NCBI GenBank assembly: GCA_963666275.2
Contig: CAXXOA010000002.1
Coordinates: 544,001-608,000 of the forward strand
Direction of reading: 5' to 3'
DNA: 64,000 nt
Source of the DNA: Oceanispirochaeta sp.
Lineage (GTDB): Bacteria > Spirochaetota > Spirochaetia > DSM-2461
In this document: piece by piece, positions 36,916 through 45,714 of the stretch
Position numbering within the stretch: position 1 is the stretch's first letter
How the letters are laid out: each line of letters begins with the position of its first letter
The notes under the pieces: generated by a model
What the model saw: only the letters and a program-made list of their open reading frames with translations
What the model was told of the DNA's origin: nothing
The model's database searches: none
Position numbers and translations under genes: made by a program

Positions 36916-37780
36916 ATTCCTGAAGGGGCTGGTTTTCTCAGTACTCCTTCCGCTTATCCTTGCCACATCCTGCCAATCTGTTCCCTATCAGATGACCCCG
37001 GAGCAGCTGATAGCTCCGCCGGCAGATTCTCCCTTATGGACAGAGACAGAGTACGAGGGAATCTCCCGGCTTCAGTACAGGGAGGCAGAGCTGTCAGTCT
37101 CTCTATCGGCATTGCGTATTGATATGGGTTCCGGTCTTTATGATCTCATCCAGACAGAACCGGACCCTTCTGGTAAAGGAGAGGCCAGGAGTGCCCGGGT
37201 CTCTGAATTCGTACGGGATTATCATCTGATTGCCGGTATGAACGGCGCCCCCTTCAGTCCTGCCAATATTTTTAACAGAAAAAATATCTCAAGTGAAATA
37301 GCCGGGCTTATCCTTATAGACGGTACAATCATATCCTCTCCTGTTTCCTATTTTGATTCCCTCTATAAATTGAAGGGAGGAGAACTGCTTATCTCTTCTC
37401 AAAGTTCTCTGCCCGAGGACGTTGTCTGGGCTATAGGAGGCTTTCATATCGCTCTGGAAAACGGTGAGGTTACAGGAAGGAGGGATATCCGGCATCCCCG
37501 CAGCGTCCTGGGACTTTCCCGGGAAGGTAACCTTCTATATCTGGCTGTTTTTGACGGACGGCAGAAAAACGCTGCAGGAGTGACCACCGAAGAGATCGGC
37601 CTCTGGATGGCCTGGCTGGGAGCCTATGATGCCCTCAATATGGATGGCGGCGGCAGTTCCGCACTGGTTCTGAATGAGGACGGGGATTACCGCCTGTTGA
37701 ATACTCCCATTCACAGAGGGAAACCCGGGCTGGAACGGTCTGTTGCCAGCCATATCGGTGTATTCCTTCTGAAGGATTGA
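36908..37780 (+). CDS. Phosphodiester glycosidase (NAGPA/DUF2233) family lipoprotein
   Basis: Lipobox LATSC; NG..F, RHPRS.LG, DGRQ, ALNMDGGGSS. Confidence 0.85.
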   Translation: MTRFLKGLVFSVLLPLILATSCQSVPYQMTPEQLIAPPADSPLWTETEYEGISRLQYREAELSVSLSALRIDMGSGLYDLIQTEPDPSGKGEARSARVSEFVRDYHLIAGMNGAPFSPANIFNRKNISSEIAGLILIDGTIISSPVSYFDSLYKLKGGELLISSQSSLPEDVVWAIGGFHIALENGEVTGRRDIRHPRSVLGLSREGNLLYLAVFDGRQKNAAGVTTEEIGLWMAWLGAYDALNMDGGGSSALVLNEDGDYRLLNTPIHRGKPGLERSVASHIGVFLLKD

Positions 37781-37783
37781 TAC

Positions 37784-39532
37784 TCAGACTTTGATTATTC
37801 CTGAATCATCCTGGGTCTTCAGCCATTCGATCACTTTGGGACGTTTGATCTTTTTGGTTGTCGTCATCTCCATGGGCTCATCCAGGATTCTGAATCTGGA
37901 GATCTTTTTATAAGAGAGGAGCTCTCTGTTCACATGGTGAACCGCTTCGATCATATCTTCCCGGATCTGATCTGTGTTGGTAATACTCAGGGATTCGTAG
38001 TGTTCCCTGTTCGGATAGATCAGAGCTTCTATTCCCTCACCTCTTGTCTCCTCATTGGCCAGATAGCCGAGGATCAGGATCTGCTCAATCTGCTGAAAAA
38101 GCTGGAAGTGATCTTCAATCTCTTCGGGGAAAACATTCTTCCCTCCTTCGGTGACAATCAGGGATTTGGCCCGACCTGTCAAATAGAGATAGTTCTCCTT
38201 GTCCAGATAACCCAGGTCACCTGTTTTCAGATAGCCGTCATCGGTAAAGAGTTCTTTTGTGGCTTCTTCGTTTTTGTAATATCCTCTACAGCAGATGGGG
38301 CCTTTTATAATGATCTCCCCTATGCCGTCCTCATCGGGATCAAGGATCTTCATATCAATAAGGGGAAAGACCTTTCCCACAGATTTTACCTTGAAGGCAT
38401 GAGCCGGATTGAGTGTGGAAATGGGGGCAGTTTCTGTCATTCCATACCCCTGTACAAAGTCCAATCCCAGTTCCTGGTATCTCCGGAAGGTCTCAGGAGC
38501 CAGAGGCCCGCCGCCGCAGATCATATAGCGCACAGTGTAGAGATTGGCTTTTTTCAGAAGGAGATTGCCAAAAATCTTTTTACCCAGGTTGATATCAAAT
38601 ATCTGTTTGATAATGCCGCTGACCCGCATCAGAAACCCGATAAGCAGATGAATGGCCAGTCCCTTGGAACGAACCTGTTTCATCATTCCCTTAAGGATCT
38701 TGTTGTAGAGAAGGGGGATCCCCATGATGACAGTAATTCCGCCGCGCTTCAGATCGTTCATCATCTGACCTACCGAGAGGCCCCCTGCAAAGACAAGTTC
38801 ACAGCCTATGGAGATGGCCTCCAGAAAAACCGCGGTCATGCAGTAGCTATGGTGGAGGGGGAGAAGAGCATAGAGTACATCTTCGGGCACCACTCCCAGA
38901 AACATGGGATGATTCGCCTGCAGGGCATCGGTGGAAAAGTTTTTGTGGGTAAGCATCACCCCTTTTTCATTGCCCGTTGTACCTGAAGTAAACAGAATCG
39001 CCGCCAGGTCCTCCTCTTCGGCCCATGTGGTTATGGTTTCCGGAGTCTCAGGCAGATCCAGGATATAGTTTTCTTTCTCCCCGGAAAGGGAAATTCTTGT
39101 TTTTACAGAAGAATTTTCCCATCCAAGGGAGTCATATTTCTCTTTATCGACAAAGAGGAATTCGGCTTCTACAAAATTGAGAATCCGCTCGGTCGTTTCT
39201 TTTTCCAGCTGATAGTCTATGGGGACGATGATTCCCCCGAATTCCAGAACCGCCAGATAGGCCATGGCCCATTCGGGGGAATTCTTGCCGGTCAGAGCAA
39301 TGCGGTCTCCTTTGGCCGCTCCCCTGCTGACAAGAAAGTTTGCTGTATTCCGGATGATCGCCTTGGCTTCAGAGAAGGTATAGTGAGTCTCTTTGGGAGC
39401 AAAAGACGTGAAACAGACCTTGTCGGGAAATCGGTGAAGCGAGACATTGAACATTTCGGAAATGGTCGGCCACTCTCCTTTGATGAATTCTCCCCTGAAG
39501 CTATCAAGCCAGGAATATGCGGAATCTGCCAT
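37784..39532 (-). CDS. Long-chain acyl-CoA synthetase (AMP-binding family)
   Basis: FTSGTTGNEKG, LPLHH, QGYGMTE, TGDLG, GKNV.PEEIE, TTT.KIKR. Confidence 0.92.
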   Translation of the reverse strand: MADSAYSWLDSFRGEFIKGEWPTISEMFNVSLHRFPDKVCFTSFAPKETHYTFSEAKAIIRNTANFLVSRGAAKGDRIALTGKNSPEWAMAYLAVLEFGGIIVPIDYQLEKETTERILNFVEAEFLFVDKEKYDSLGWENSSVKTRISLSGEKENYILDLPETPETITTWAEEEDLAAILFTSGTTGNEKGVMLTHKNFSTDALQANHPMFLGVVPEDVLYALLPLHHSYCMTAVFLEAISIGCELVFAGGLSVGQMMNDLKRGGITVIMGIPLLYNKILKGMMKQVRSKGLAIHLLIGFLMRVSGIIKQIFDINLGKKIFGNLLLKKANLYTVRYMICGGGPLAPETFRRYQELGLDFVQGYGMTETAPISTLNPAHAFKVKSVGKVFPLIDMKILDPDEDGIGEIIIKGPICCRGYYKNEEATKELFTDDGYLKTGDLGYLDKENYLYLTGRAKSLIVTEGGKNVFPEEIEDHFQLFQQIEQILILGYLANEETRGEGIEALIYPNREHYESLSITNTDQIREDMIEAVHHVNRELLSYKKISRFRILDEPMEMTTTKKIKRPKVIEWLKTQDDSGIIKV

Positions 39533-39652
39533 AAACTCTCTCCTGAATAACGATTTTGAATGGATCTATTATAACAGTAAAACAGTCTTTGTATAGAAAA
39601 AAAGGCGGATAGGCAAGGATGGGATGATACTGGATGATAGGGACGGTGTGAT

Positions 39653-40499
39653 AGGGACGGAGGAACTCTCTGTAGGGAAGATGCGGATTAATACACGATA
39701 AACCTGGGTTTATTGGAAAATTGAGCCGGTTTTTCAACAATTTGAAGAGGGCGATTCGGAGTGCAATCTATCTTTTCAAAAGTTGGTACTTACCAGTGAG
39801 AGATTTCAGAAAGAATCCTTATAAAAAGAGAAAAAAGGTATCTTTAGACTTTGTTTTCCGGTCAATCCTGGCCATTTTCAAGCAGTATTCCACTATGATT
39901 ATAAGATGAGGATTGTTATTTACCTTTTGAAATCGATAAAAATCGCCTACATAATCAGTTTTAACCATTCATCGGGAGGATCAAGCAGCCGTAAGCGGCC
40001 CTTTTTCAGCTCGTACAGTCCTCCCCATATGTAATTTTCAGCTTTTTCACATAATCCGGCTTTCACAGGGTTATTGGAATATAATGGAATGTGTTCACCA
40101 GCTGCCGGAAGCTGGCGATAATTTTACTTTTGAAACGATCATACCAGACATGCCCTTGCAATCCGAACAATTTGTTAAACCGCATGGCAAACACTCCCAG
40201 GATCCATTGCATCAGTTTGGATAATATGGTGTCTCCTTTCGGTTTAATCAGTAAGTGGACGTGGTTAGTCATTATGGAGTAATGAATTAGTTCAACATCG
40301 AATTTCTTTTTTGCCTCTTCGACCACACGTGAAAAGAGTTCCTTCACTTCATCCGTATTGAGAATAAATTCTCCCCGGTTTGTTTTGGCTGTCACATGAT
40401 ATGTGGCACCGTCCTGTAAATATCTTGGTTTTCTCATAACTGGTATACAGCAGAATTAACAGTCATGCTTCAAATTTTCTCATTTCTTCCTCCGTCCCT
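39653..40499 (-). mobile_element. TIR-flanked Y1/HUH transposase element (RAYT/TIRYT-like), copy 1
   Basis: 13-bp inverted repeats AGGGACGGAGGAA (39653-39665) and TTCCTCCGTCCCT (40487-40499) enclose the transposase gene. Confidence 0.8.
39947..40437 (-). pseudogene. Y1 tyrosine transposase, frameshifted copy
   Basis: Near-identical to 41007-41498 but one A is missing near 40079 (TTGGAAT versus TTGGAAAT), truncating the protein just after the catalytic Tyr. Confidence 0.85.
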
Positions 40500-40565
40500 C
40501 TCTTTTAGCTGTCCTTTTATCCATCACATTGAAACAAACAAAGAAAACTGGCTATTCTCATAAAT

Positions 40566-40760
40566 ATGAATACACTGGGTATCGGACTGGATTTCGGAAA
40601 TTCCAATACTACTATGGCTGTCTTTGACGGCGAGACTCTCACATATGTTAAAATCGATCACTCTCTGGAGAGGGGAACGGTCATGCCCTCGGCTCTTTAT
40701 ATTGGTGTGATAGGGACGGAGGAACTCTCTGTAGGGAAGATGCGGATTAATACACGATAA
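40566..40760 (+). pseudogene. Duplicated 5' fragment of the Hsp70/YegD gene (46 codons) fused to 18 element-derived codons
   Basis: Identical to 41638-41775 up to ...PSALYI, then reads into copy 2. Confidence 0.85.
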
Positions 40761-41560
40761 ACCTGGGTTTATTTGAAAATTGAGCCGGTTTTTCAACAAT
40801 TTGAAGAGGGCGATTCGGAGGGCAATCTATCTTTTCAAAAGTTGGTACTTACCAGTGAGAGATTTCAGAAAGAATCCTTATAAAAAGAGAAAAAAGGTCT
40901 CCTTAGACTTTGTTTTCCGGTCAATCCTGGCCATTTTCAAGCAGTATTCCACTATGTTTGTAAGATGAGGATTGTTATTTACCTTTTAAAATCGATAAAA
41001 AATCGCCTACATAATCAGTTTTAACCATTCATCGGGAGGATCAAGCAGCCGTAAGCGGCCCTTTTTCAGCTCGTACAGTCCTCCCCATATGTAATTTTCA
41101 GCTTTTTCACATAATCCGGCTTTCACAGGGTTATTGGAAATATAATGGAATGTGTTCACCAGCTGCCGGAAGCTGGCGATAATTTTACTTTTGAAACGAT
41201 CATACCAGACATGCCCTTGCAATCCGAACAATTTGTTAAACCGCATGGCAAACACTCCCAGGATCCATTGCATCAGTTTGGATAATATGGTGTCTCCTTT
41301 CGGTTTAATCAGTAAGTGGACGTGGTTAGTCATTATGGAGTATTGAATTAGTTCAACATCGAATTTCTTTTTTGCCTCTTCGACCACACGTGAAAAGAGT
41401 TCCTTCACTTCATCCGTATTGAGAATGAATTCTCCCCGGTTTGTTTTGGCTGTCACATGATATGTGGCACCGTCCTGTAAATATCTTGGTTTTCTCATAA
41501 CTGGTATACAGCAGAATTAACTGTCATGCTTCAAATTTTCTCATTTCTTCCTCCGTCCCT
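40712..41560 (-). mobile_element. TIR-flanked Y1/HUH transposase element (RAYT/TIRYT-like), copy 2
   Basis: Inverted repeats at 40712-40724 and 41548-41560 enclose an intact transposase gene. Confidence 0.8.
41007..41498 (-). CDS. IS200/IS605-superfamily Y1 (HUH) transposase, REP-associated tyrosine transposase type
   Basis: YHVT, HUH motif MTNHVHLL, W..RF, catalytic Tyr in YI..NPVKAG; no tnpB nearby. Confidence 0.92.
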   Translation of the reverse strand: MRKPRYLQDGATYHVTAKTNRGEFILNTDEVKELFSRVVEEAKKKFDVELIQYSIMTNHVHLLIKPKGDTILSKLMQWILGVFAMRFNKLFGLQGHVWYDRFKSKIIASFRQLVNTFHYISNNPVKAGLCEKAENYIWGGLYELKKGRLRLLDPPDEWLKLIM

Positions 41561-41637
41561 CTCTTTTCCCTCTCTTTTAGCTGTCCTTTTATCCATCACA
41601 TTGAAACAAACAAAGAAAACTGGCTATTCTCATAAAT

Positions 41638-43035
41638 ATGAATACACTGGGTATCGGACTGGATTTCGGAAATTCCAATACTACTATGGCTGTCTTTGAC
41701 GGCGAGACTCTCACATATGTTAAAATCGATCACTCTCTGGAGAGGGGAACGGTCATGCCCTCGGCTCTTTATATTAACAGGGATTACAGCTCTTTTACGG
41801 GCAGCCGGGCGCTGCAGCAGTACCTGGAGGACAATACGGACAGGAAAATCCGTTTGTCCGAGGTGAATGTGGGGACCATAGAGGTCCACATGGGGGAGAT
41901 GGACCGGGATTATTTTATTGAGAGGGACCGGTCCTTTACGGCCCAGCTGCATGCCCGGGTGGATAAGGACCTTCCCGGACGGCTTTTTCGTGGACTGAAG
42001 GCGTATCTGGGAGGGACGGAGGATACCCGGTTCAGGGTTTTTGGAAAGACCTTCCGCCTGGAGGCTCTTCTCAATCTCCTGCTGCGGGAGATCCGAGAGT
42101 CCGCTGAAAAACAGGGGATTCCCCTCTCTTCCATTCATGTGGGGCGGCCTGTCCGCTACGAGGGGAGCGGAGACTACAGAGAAGATCTGGGCATGGTCCG
42201 AATGACAAAAGCCCTGGAGAATGCAGGATATCCTGCTCCCGTTTTTATGGAAGAGCCTGTGGGCGCTGCCTGGAGCTATATGGAAAAGCACTTCATGAAA
42301 GAAGGAGAAACCCTCCTTGTTTTTGACTTCGGCGGAGGGACTCTGGATCTGGCTGTTCTACAGAACAGGGACGGAGCTCATCAGGTCCTGGCTACCCGGG
42401 GGCTGGCCCGGGCGGGAGACTGGATCGACAGGGAGATCTTTAAATCTGTCATTTTCCCCCTCCTCGGAAAGGGGGAGATGATTTCCCACAGGCGGGATGA
42501 CGGGACTATGGCAGAGTATCCTTTTCCCTTTTCGGACTTTGAAGAGCTCCTTTTGAACTGGCAGAGCACATTCCTTCTGAATCAGCCGAAGTACCTGGAA
42601 GAGATCAACAGGGCTGCCAAAGAGGGCGGTGTCATTGCGGAAAAAGTTGGACGTCTGAGCCGCCTGATCCGCTGCAACGGCTCCTTTCCCCTGCTCAAGC
42701 TGATAGAACAGGCCAAAAAAGACCTGACAGAACAGCAGGAAACTCTGCTTTCCTTTGAAGAAGCCGGCCTGTCTGTCCGCATTACCCGGAAGGATCTGGA
42801 AGATCTTCTCTCTCCCCTGGTGGTTGAGATCGACAGCCTTATCAGGGAGGTTCTGGAGCGTGCCGGAAGCCCCCGGATTGACCGGGTTGTCTGTGCGGGA
42901 GGCTCCTCTCTTATCCCTCTGGTCCGGCAGACTCTCGATCGGCATTTTCCCGGAAAAGTAGAGGAGTGGGACCCCTTCCGCAGCATCGCCGCCGGCCTGG
43001 CCACGGCGGATTATCACCATAAAGATAAAAATTGA
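41638..43035 (+). CDS. Hsp70-family protein, YegD-like
   Basis: GLDFGNSNT, GRPV, EEPVGAA, FDFGGGTLD, AGGSSLIP, SIAAGLA; lacks the DnaK substrate-binding domain. Confidence 0.9.
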   Translation: MNTLGIGLDFGNSNTTMAVFDGETLTYVKIDHSLERGTVMPSALYINRDYSSFTGSRALQQYLEDNTDRKIRLSEVNVGTIEVHMGEMDRDYFIERDRSFTAQLHARVDKDLPGRLFRGLKAYLGGTEDTRFRVFGKTFRLEALLNLLLREIRESAEKQGIPLSSIHVGRPVRYEGSGDYREDLGMVRMTKALENAGYPAPVFMEEPVGAAWSYMEKHFMKEGETLLVFDFGGGTLDLAVLQNRDGAHQVLATRGLARAGDWIDREIFKSVIFPLLGKGEMISHRRDDGTMAEYPFPFSDFEELLLNWQSTFLLNQPKYLEEINRAAKEGGVIAEKVGRLSRLIRCNGSFPLLKLIEQAKKDLTEQQETLLSFEEAGLSVRITRKDLEDLLSPLVVEIDSLIREVLERAGSPRIDRVVCAGGSSLIPLVRQTLDRHFPGKVEEWDPFRSIAAGLATADYHHKDKN

Positions 43036-43101
43036 TTTAGTGTAATACTAGTTACCCCGTAGTATATTAATAAGTAGATGATTTACAGAAGGAGATTTTT
43101 T

Positions 43102-43647
43102 ATGAAAAGAATAAAAATTCTGCTAATTCCTCTCCTTATTTTCGGACTATTTCTTTCCTGCGACGATGGTTCTTCTTCTATAACAGATGAAGATGCGGCC
43201 GAAAAAGCTGCGGAATTTGCCCTTCAGATGGCATCTCTCTCACAGGATCAATCCAATTCCGGTATTTCTACCGGAGTCAGCCGGGCTTTGGAACCTTTTA
43301 TTGAAGACTTGGAAATTGAAGAGGGTCTTTCTTTTTCAATGGCTGTGGACTGGGTAACAGGGGAAGTGGAAGTTACAATGGTTTTTACTTCATATATTAT
43401 TGATGATGTAACCATTGACGGAACTCTCGTATACAATTTTGTAAGCGACTCCAATAGTTCAATAGGAAATATGACGGGAAGCTATACCATGCTTTATGAA
43501 GGGGAAACCTATAATGTGACAATGGATCTTATAACGGTTACTTCCGTTGATCCTACTTCACTTCAGATGACAATATCTACTAATGGTTCAATAACCTGTA
43601 ATAACGTGACATTTGTGGTAGACGAGTCAGAGACTTTCTCCGCCTGA
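43102..43647 (+). CDS. Hypothetical lipoprotein, AT-rich
   Basis: RBS AGGAG, MKRIK + hydrophobic stretch + lipobox FLSC, Ser/Asp linker, beta-rich body. Confidence 0.75.
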   Translation: MKRIKILLIPLLIFGLFLSCDDGSSSITDEDAAEKAAEFALQMASLSQDQSNSGISTGVSRALEPFIEDLEIEEGLSFSMAVDWVTGEVEVTMVFTSYIIDDVTIDGTLVYNFVSDSNSSIGNMTGSYTMLYEGETYNVTMDLITVTSVDPTSLQMTISTNGSITCNNVTFVVDESETFSA

Positions 43648-44673
43648 TTTCTTCTTTTCAACCTGTTCCAGTGTCGACAGCAGGCCGCAGGCGGCCTGAA
43701 TGTCCAGTCCCCGGGAGCGGCGGATGGTGGTGGTAATGCCCTTTTTCTGCAGCTCCTGCTGGAACTCTTCCATCCTGTTCCGGGGGGATCCTTTCCAGGG
43801 AAGTCCCGGTACGGGGTGGAAAGCTATCAGATTCACCCGGGTTTTCACTCCATTCAGAATCCTTGCCAGCTCTCTGGCGTGGCGCATCTCATCATTAAAA
43901 CCGTCAAAAAGTATGTACTCCACAGAAAACCGCCTCTGACCTGAGAAGTCTCCGGCACTGCGGATCAGGGATAAAACTTCCTGCAGGGGATACTTCTTTT
44001 CAACTGGCATGATCTGTTCCCTTTCTTCCGGAAAAGGGTTGTGGAGACTCAGAGCCAGGTGGCAGCTGGACTCTTTCAGAAAGCGTTCCAGCCCGGGCAG
44101 GATCCCCACTGTGGAGAGGGTGATCCTTTTAGGGCTCCAGGCCAGGCCCTTCTCCGAGGTCAGCACATCCAGGGTACTCAGGACTTCATCGGGATTATCC
44201 AGGGGCTCTCCCATGCCCATAAAAACAAGATTTGTCAGGTTTTCCCATTCGGGAATACTGTAGATCTGGTTGAGGATTTCTCCGCTTGTAAGGTTGGCCT
44301 GTAGTCCCTGCTTGCCGGTCATGCAGAACTGACACTGCCGGCGGCATCCCGCCTGGGAGGAGACACAGAGGGTGGCCCGCTGTTCATCAGGGATATAGGC
44401 GGCTTCGATATAGTTTCCAGCTGCTTCAAAAAGGTATTTCTTTGTTCCGTCTGTACTGACCGAACAGTTCACTGGCTCAGACCGTTCCAGGCTGTACGAG
44501 TCCTGGAGAGCAGCCCGGTTTTTCTTGGAGAGATTGGTCATCTCATCGATAGAGCGGACATTTTTTTTATAGAGCCAGTCTGAAATCTGACCGGCTGTGA
44601 ATCCGGGAAATCCCTCTTTCCTGACTATCTCCTGTAGTTCCTGATAGGTTCTGCCCCATAATGGCTGTTTCAT
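43627..44673 (-). CDS. rlmN: 23S rRNA/tRNA m2A radical-SAM methyltransferase
   Basis: S.DGTKKYL, CVSSQAGCRRQCQFC, FMGMGEPL, RG.DI.AACG.L. Confidence 0.95.
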   Translation of the reverse strand: MKQPLWGRTYQELQEIVRKEGFPGFTAGQISDWLYKKNVRSIDEMTNLSKKNRAALQDSYSLERSEPVNCSVSTDGTKKYLFEAAGNYIEAAYIPDEQRATLCVSSQAGCRRQCQFCMTGKQGLQANLTSGEILNQIYSIPEWENLTNLVFMGMGEPLDNPDEVLSTLDVLTSEKGLAWSPKRITLSTVGILPGLERFLKESSCHLALSLHNPFPEEREQIMPVEKKYPLQEVLSLIRSAGDFSGQRRFSVEYILFDGFNDEMRHARELARILNGVKTRVNLIAFHPVPGLPWKGSPRNRMEEFQQELQKKGITTTIRRSRGLDIQAACGLLSTLEQVEKKKSGGESL

Positions 44674-44784
44674 CTGCCCAAATTACACTCCCGCTGTGAT
44701 ATATGCAAGAGTGGAAAGCAGGGTTCGGGAAGGATAATCCGGGAGCGATGGAAGCACAGGAAGGGTATTTTCTTCAAAAAGAGG

Positions 44785-45714
44785 CTATTTGTTTCGAACC
44801 AGGCGGGAAAGGTCTTTTTCTTTAAATCCCGCTTCTTCAAGGTCTTTGAGGAATCTTTTCCCGTCACTGTAATAGCCGGCGGTACCCTTCAGGCCGGGAT
44901 ACTTCTTCTGCCAGTAGCTGTTAAATCCTGTCATGTAGAGCTCCCGCAGATACTTGGCACCCATGGAGGCCAGGGCTGTCTCAAAACACAGCGCATCTGC
45001 TCCCACCTGAAAGTGGATTTCACTCTCTCCCGACTGATAGAGCGATAGCTGCGAGGTTTCCTGCCGGGCTGTCAGGAGGTCTCCCGGGTAGAGTTCCAGG
45101 AGCCACTCCCCGTAGTAGCGCCTTCCTCCCTGGCGGTCTACAATCAGCTTTCCTCCGGGATACCTGCCCTTCCGCATAAAAGGAGAGAGGATCTCCTGGC
45201 AGGCACTGGCTTTGTTTTTTCTTTTATCAAGAAGTCTGTTAAACCCGTGGGGTACTGTCATTTTCAGAGAAAAGTCTGTAAGTTCCAATCCGGCGGAAGC
45301 CCACTCCGCCGCCAGTTTGTCCGCTTTTTTCAGAATCTCCTCGGGGGGATGAACCAGAGGGAGGGCCAGGGAGAGGATCTCTTTGTTCCAGGGCTCTTCC
45401 TCCAGAGGAGTCAGGCTCAGAGAATCGTCTGTGACTGTTCTGATAAACTCATCCGCTGTGGCGGGGATTTTTCCCTGCCTGAGCAGATAGAAGGCCAGAA
45501 CCGTTTCCTCCAGAAAGGATATATCCTTTGAGGAGGAGAGCTTTTTGCTGTCTCCCACAGCCAGTTTACCGTCTTCGGGACGTTCCGCCAGTATGGCGGG
45601 ACAGAGAGCCCTGGGATCCGTTTCTCCGGAGGGATAGGTTGTTGTTACGAGACCGGCGCAGTAGGGGCCCAGAAGGGGACCGAGACCGGCTTCATCGATA
45701 CCCGAGACGATCAA
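44785..45714 (-). CDS. Atypical ribonuclease HII-like protein
   Basis: GIDEAG.GP.LGP, GDSK, VDRQGGR, AD....ALASM.AK..RE, GY; TTG start overlapping the upstream stop. Confidence 0.75.
   Translation of the reverse strand: MIVSGIDEAGLGPLLGPYCAGLVTTTYPSGETDPRALCPAILAERPEDGKLAVGDSKKLSSSKDISFLEETVLAFYLLRQGKIPATADEFIRTVTDDSLSLTPLEEEPWNKEILSLALPLVHPPEEILKKADKLAAEWASAGLELTDFSLKMTVPHGFNRLLDKRKNKASACQEILSPFMRKGRYPGGKLIVDRQGGRRYYGEWLLELYPGDLLTARQETSQLSLYQSGESEIHFQVGADALCFETALASMGAKYLRELYMTGFNSYWQKKYPGLKGTAGYYSDGKRFLKDLEEAGFKEKDLSRLVRNK

Larger units (their letters stand above)
39645..41775. repeat. Head-to-tail direct duplication: copy 1 39645-40703 (1059 bp), copy 2 40704-41775 (1072 bp)
   Basis: Manual alignment found about 10 substitutions, two 1-nt indels and one 11-nt insertion; junction TATATT|GGTGTG at 40703/40704. 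Confidence 0.97.

Noticed and set aside
37934..38986. 350-aa plus-strand ORF
   Set aside because: Antisense shadow of the acyl-CoA synthetase
39645..41775. Canonical IS200/IS605 or TnpB/IscB system
   Set aside because: No tnpB or iscB and no obvious subterminal hairpins; ends are inverted repeats and the protein has RAYT-type motifs
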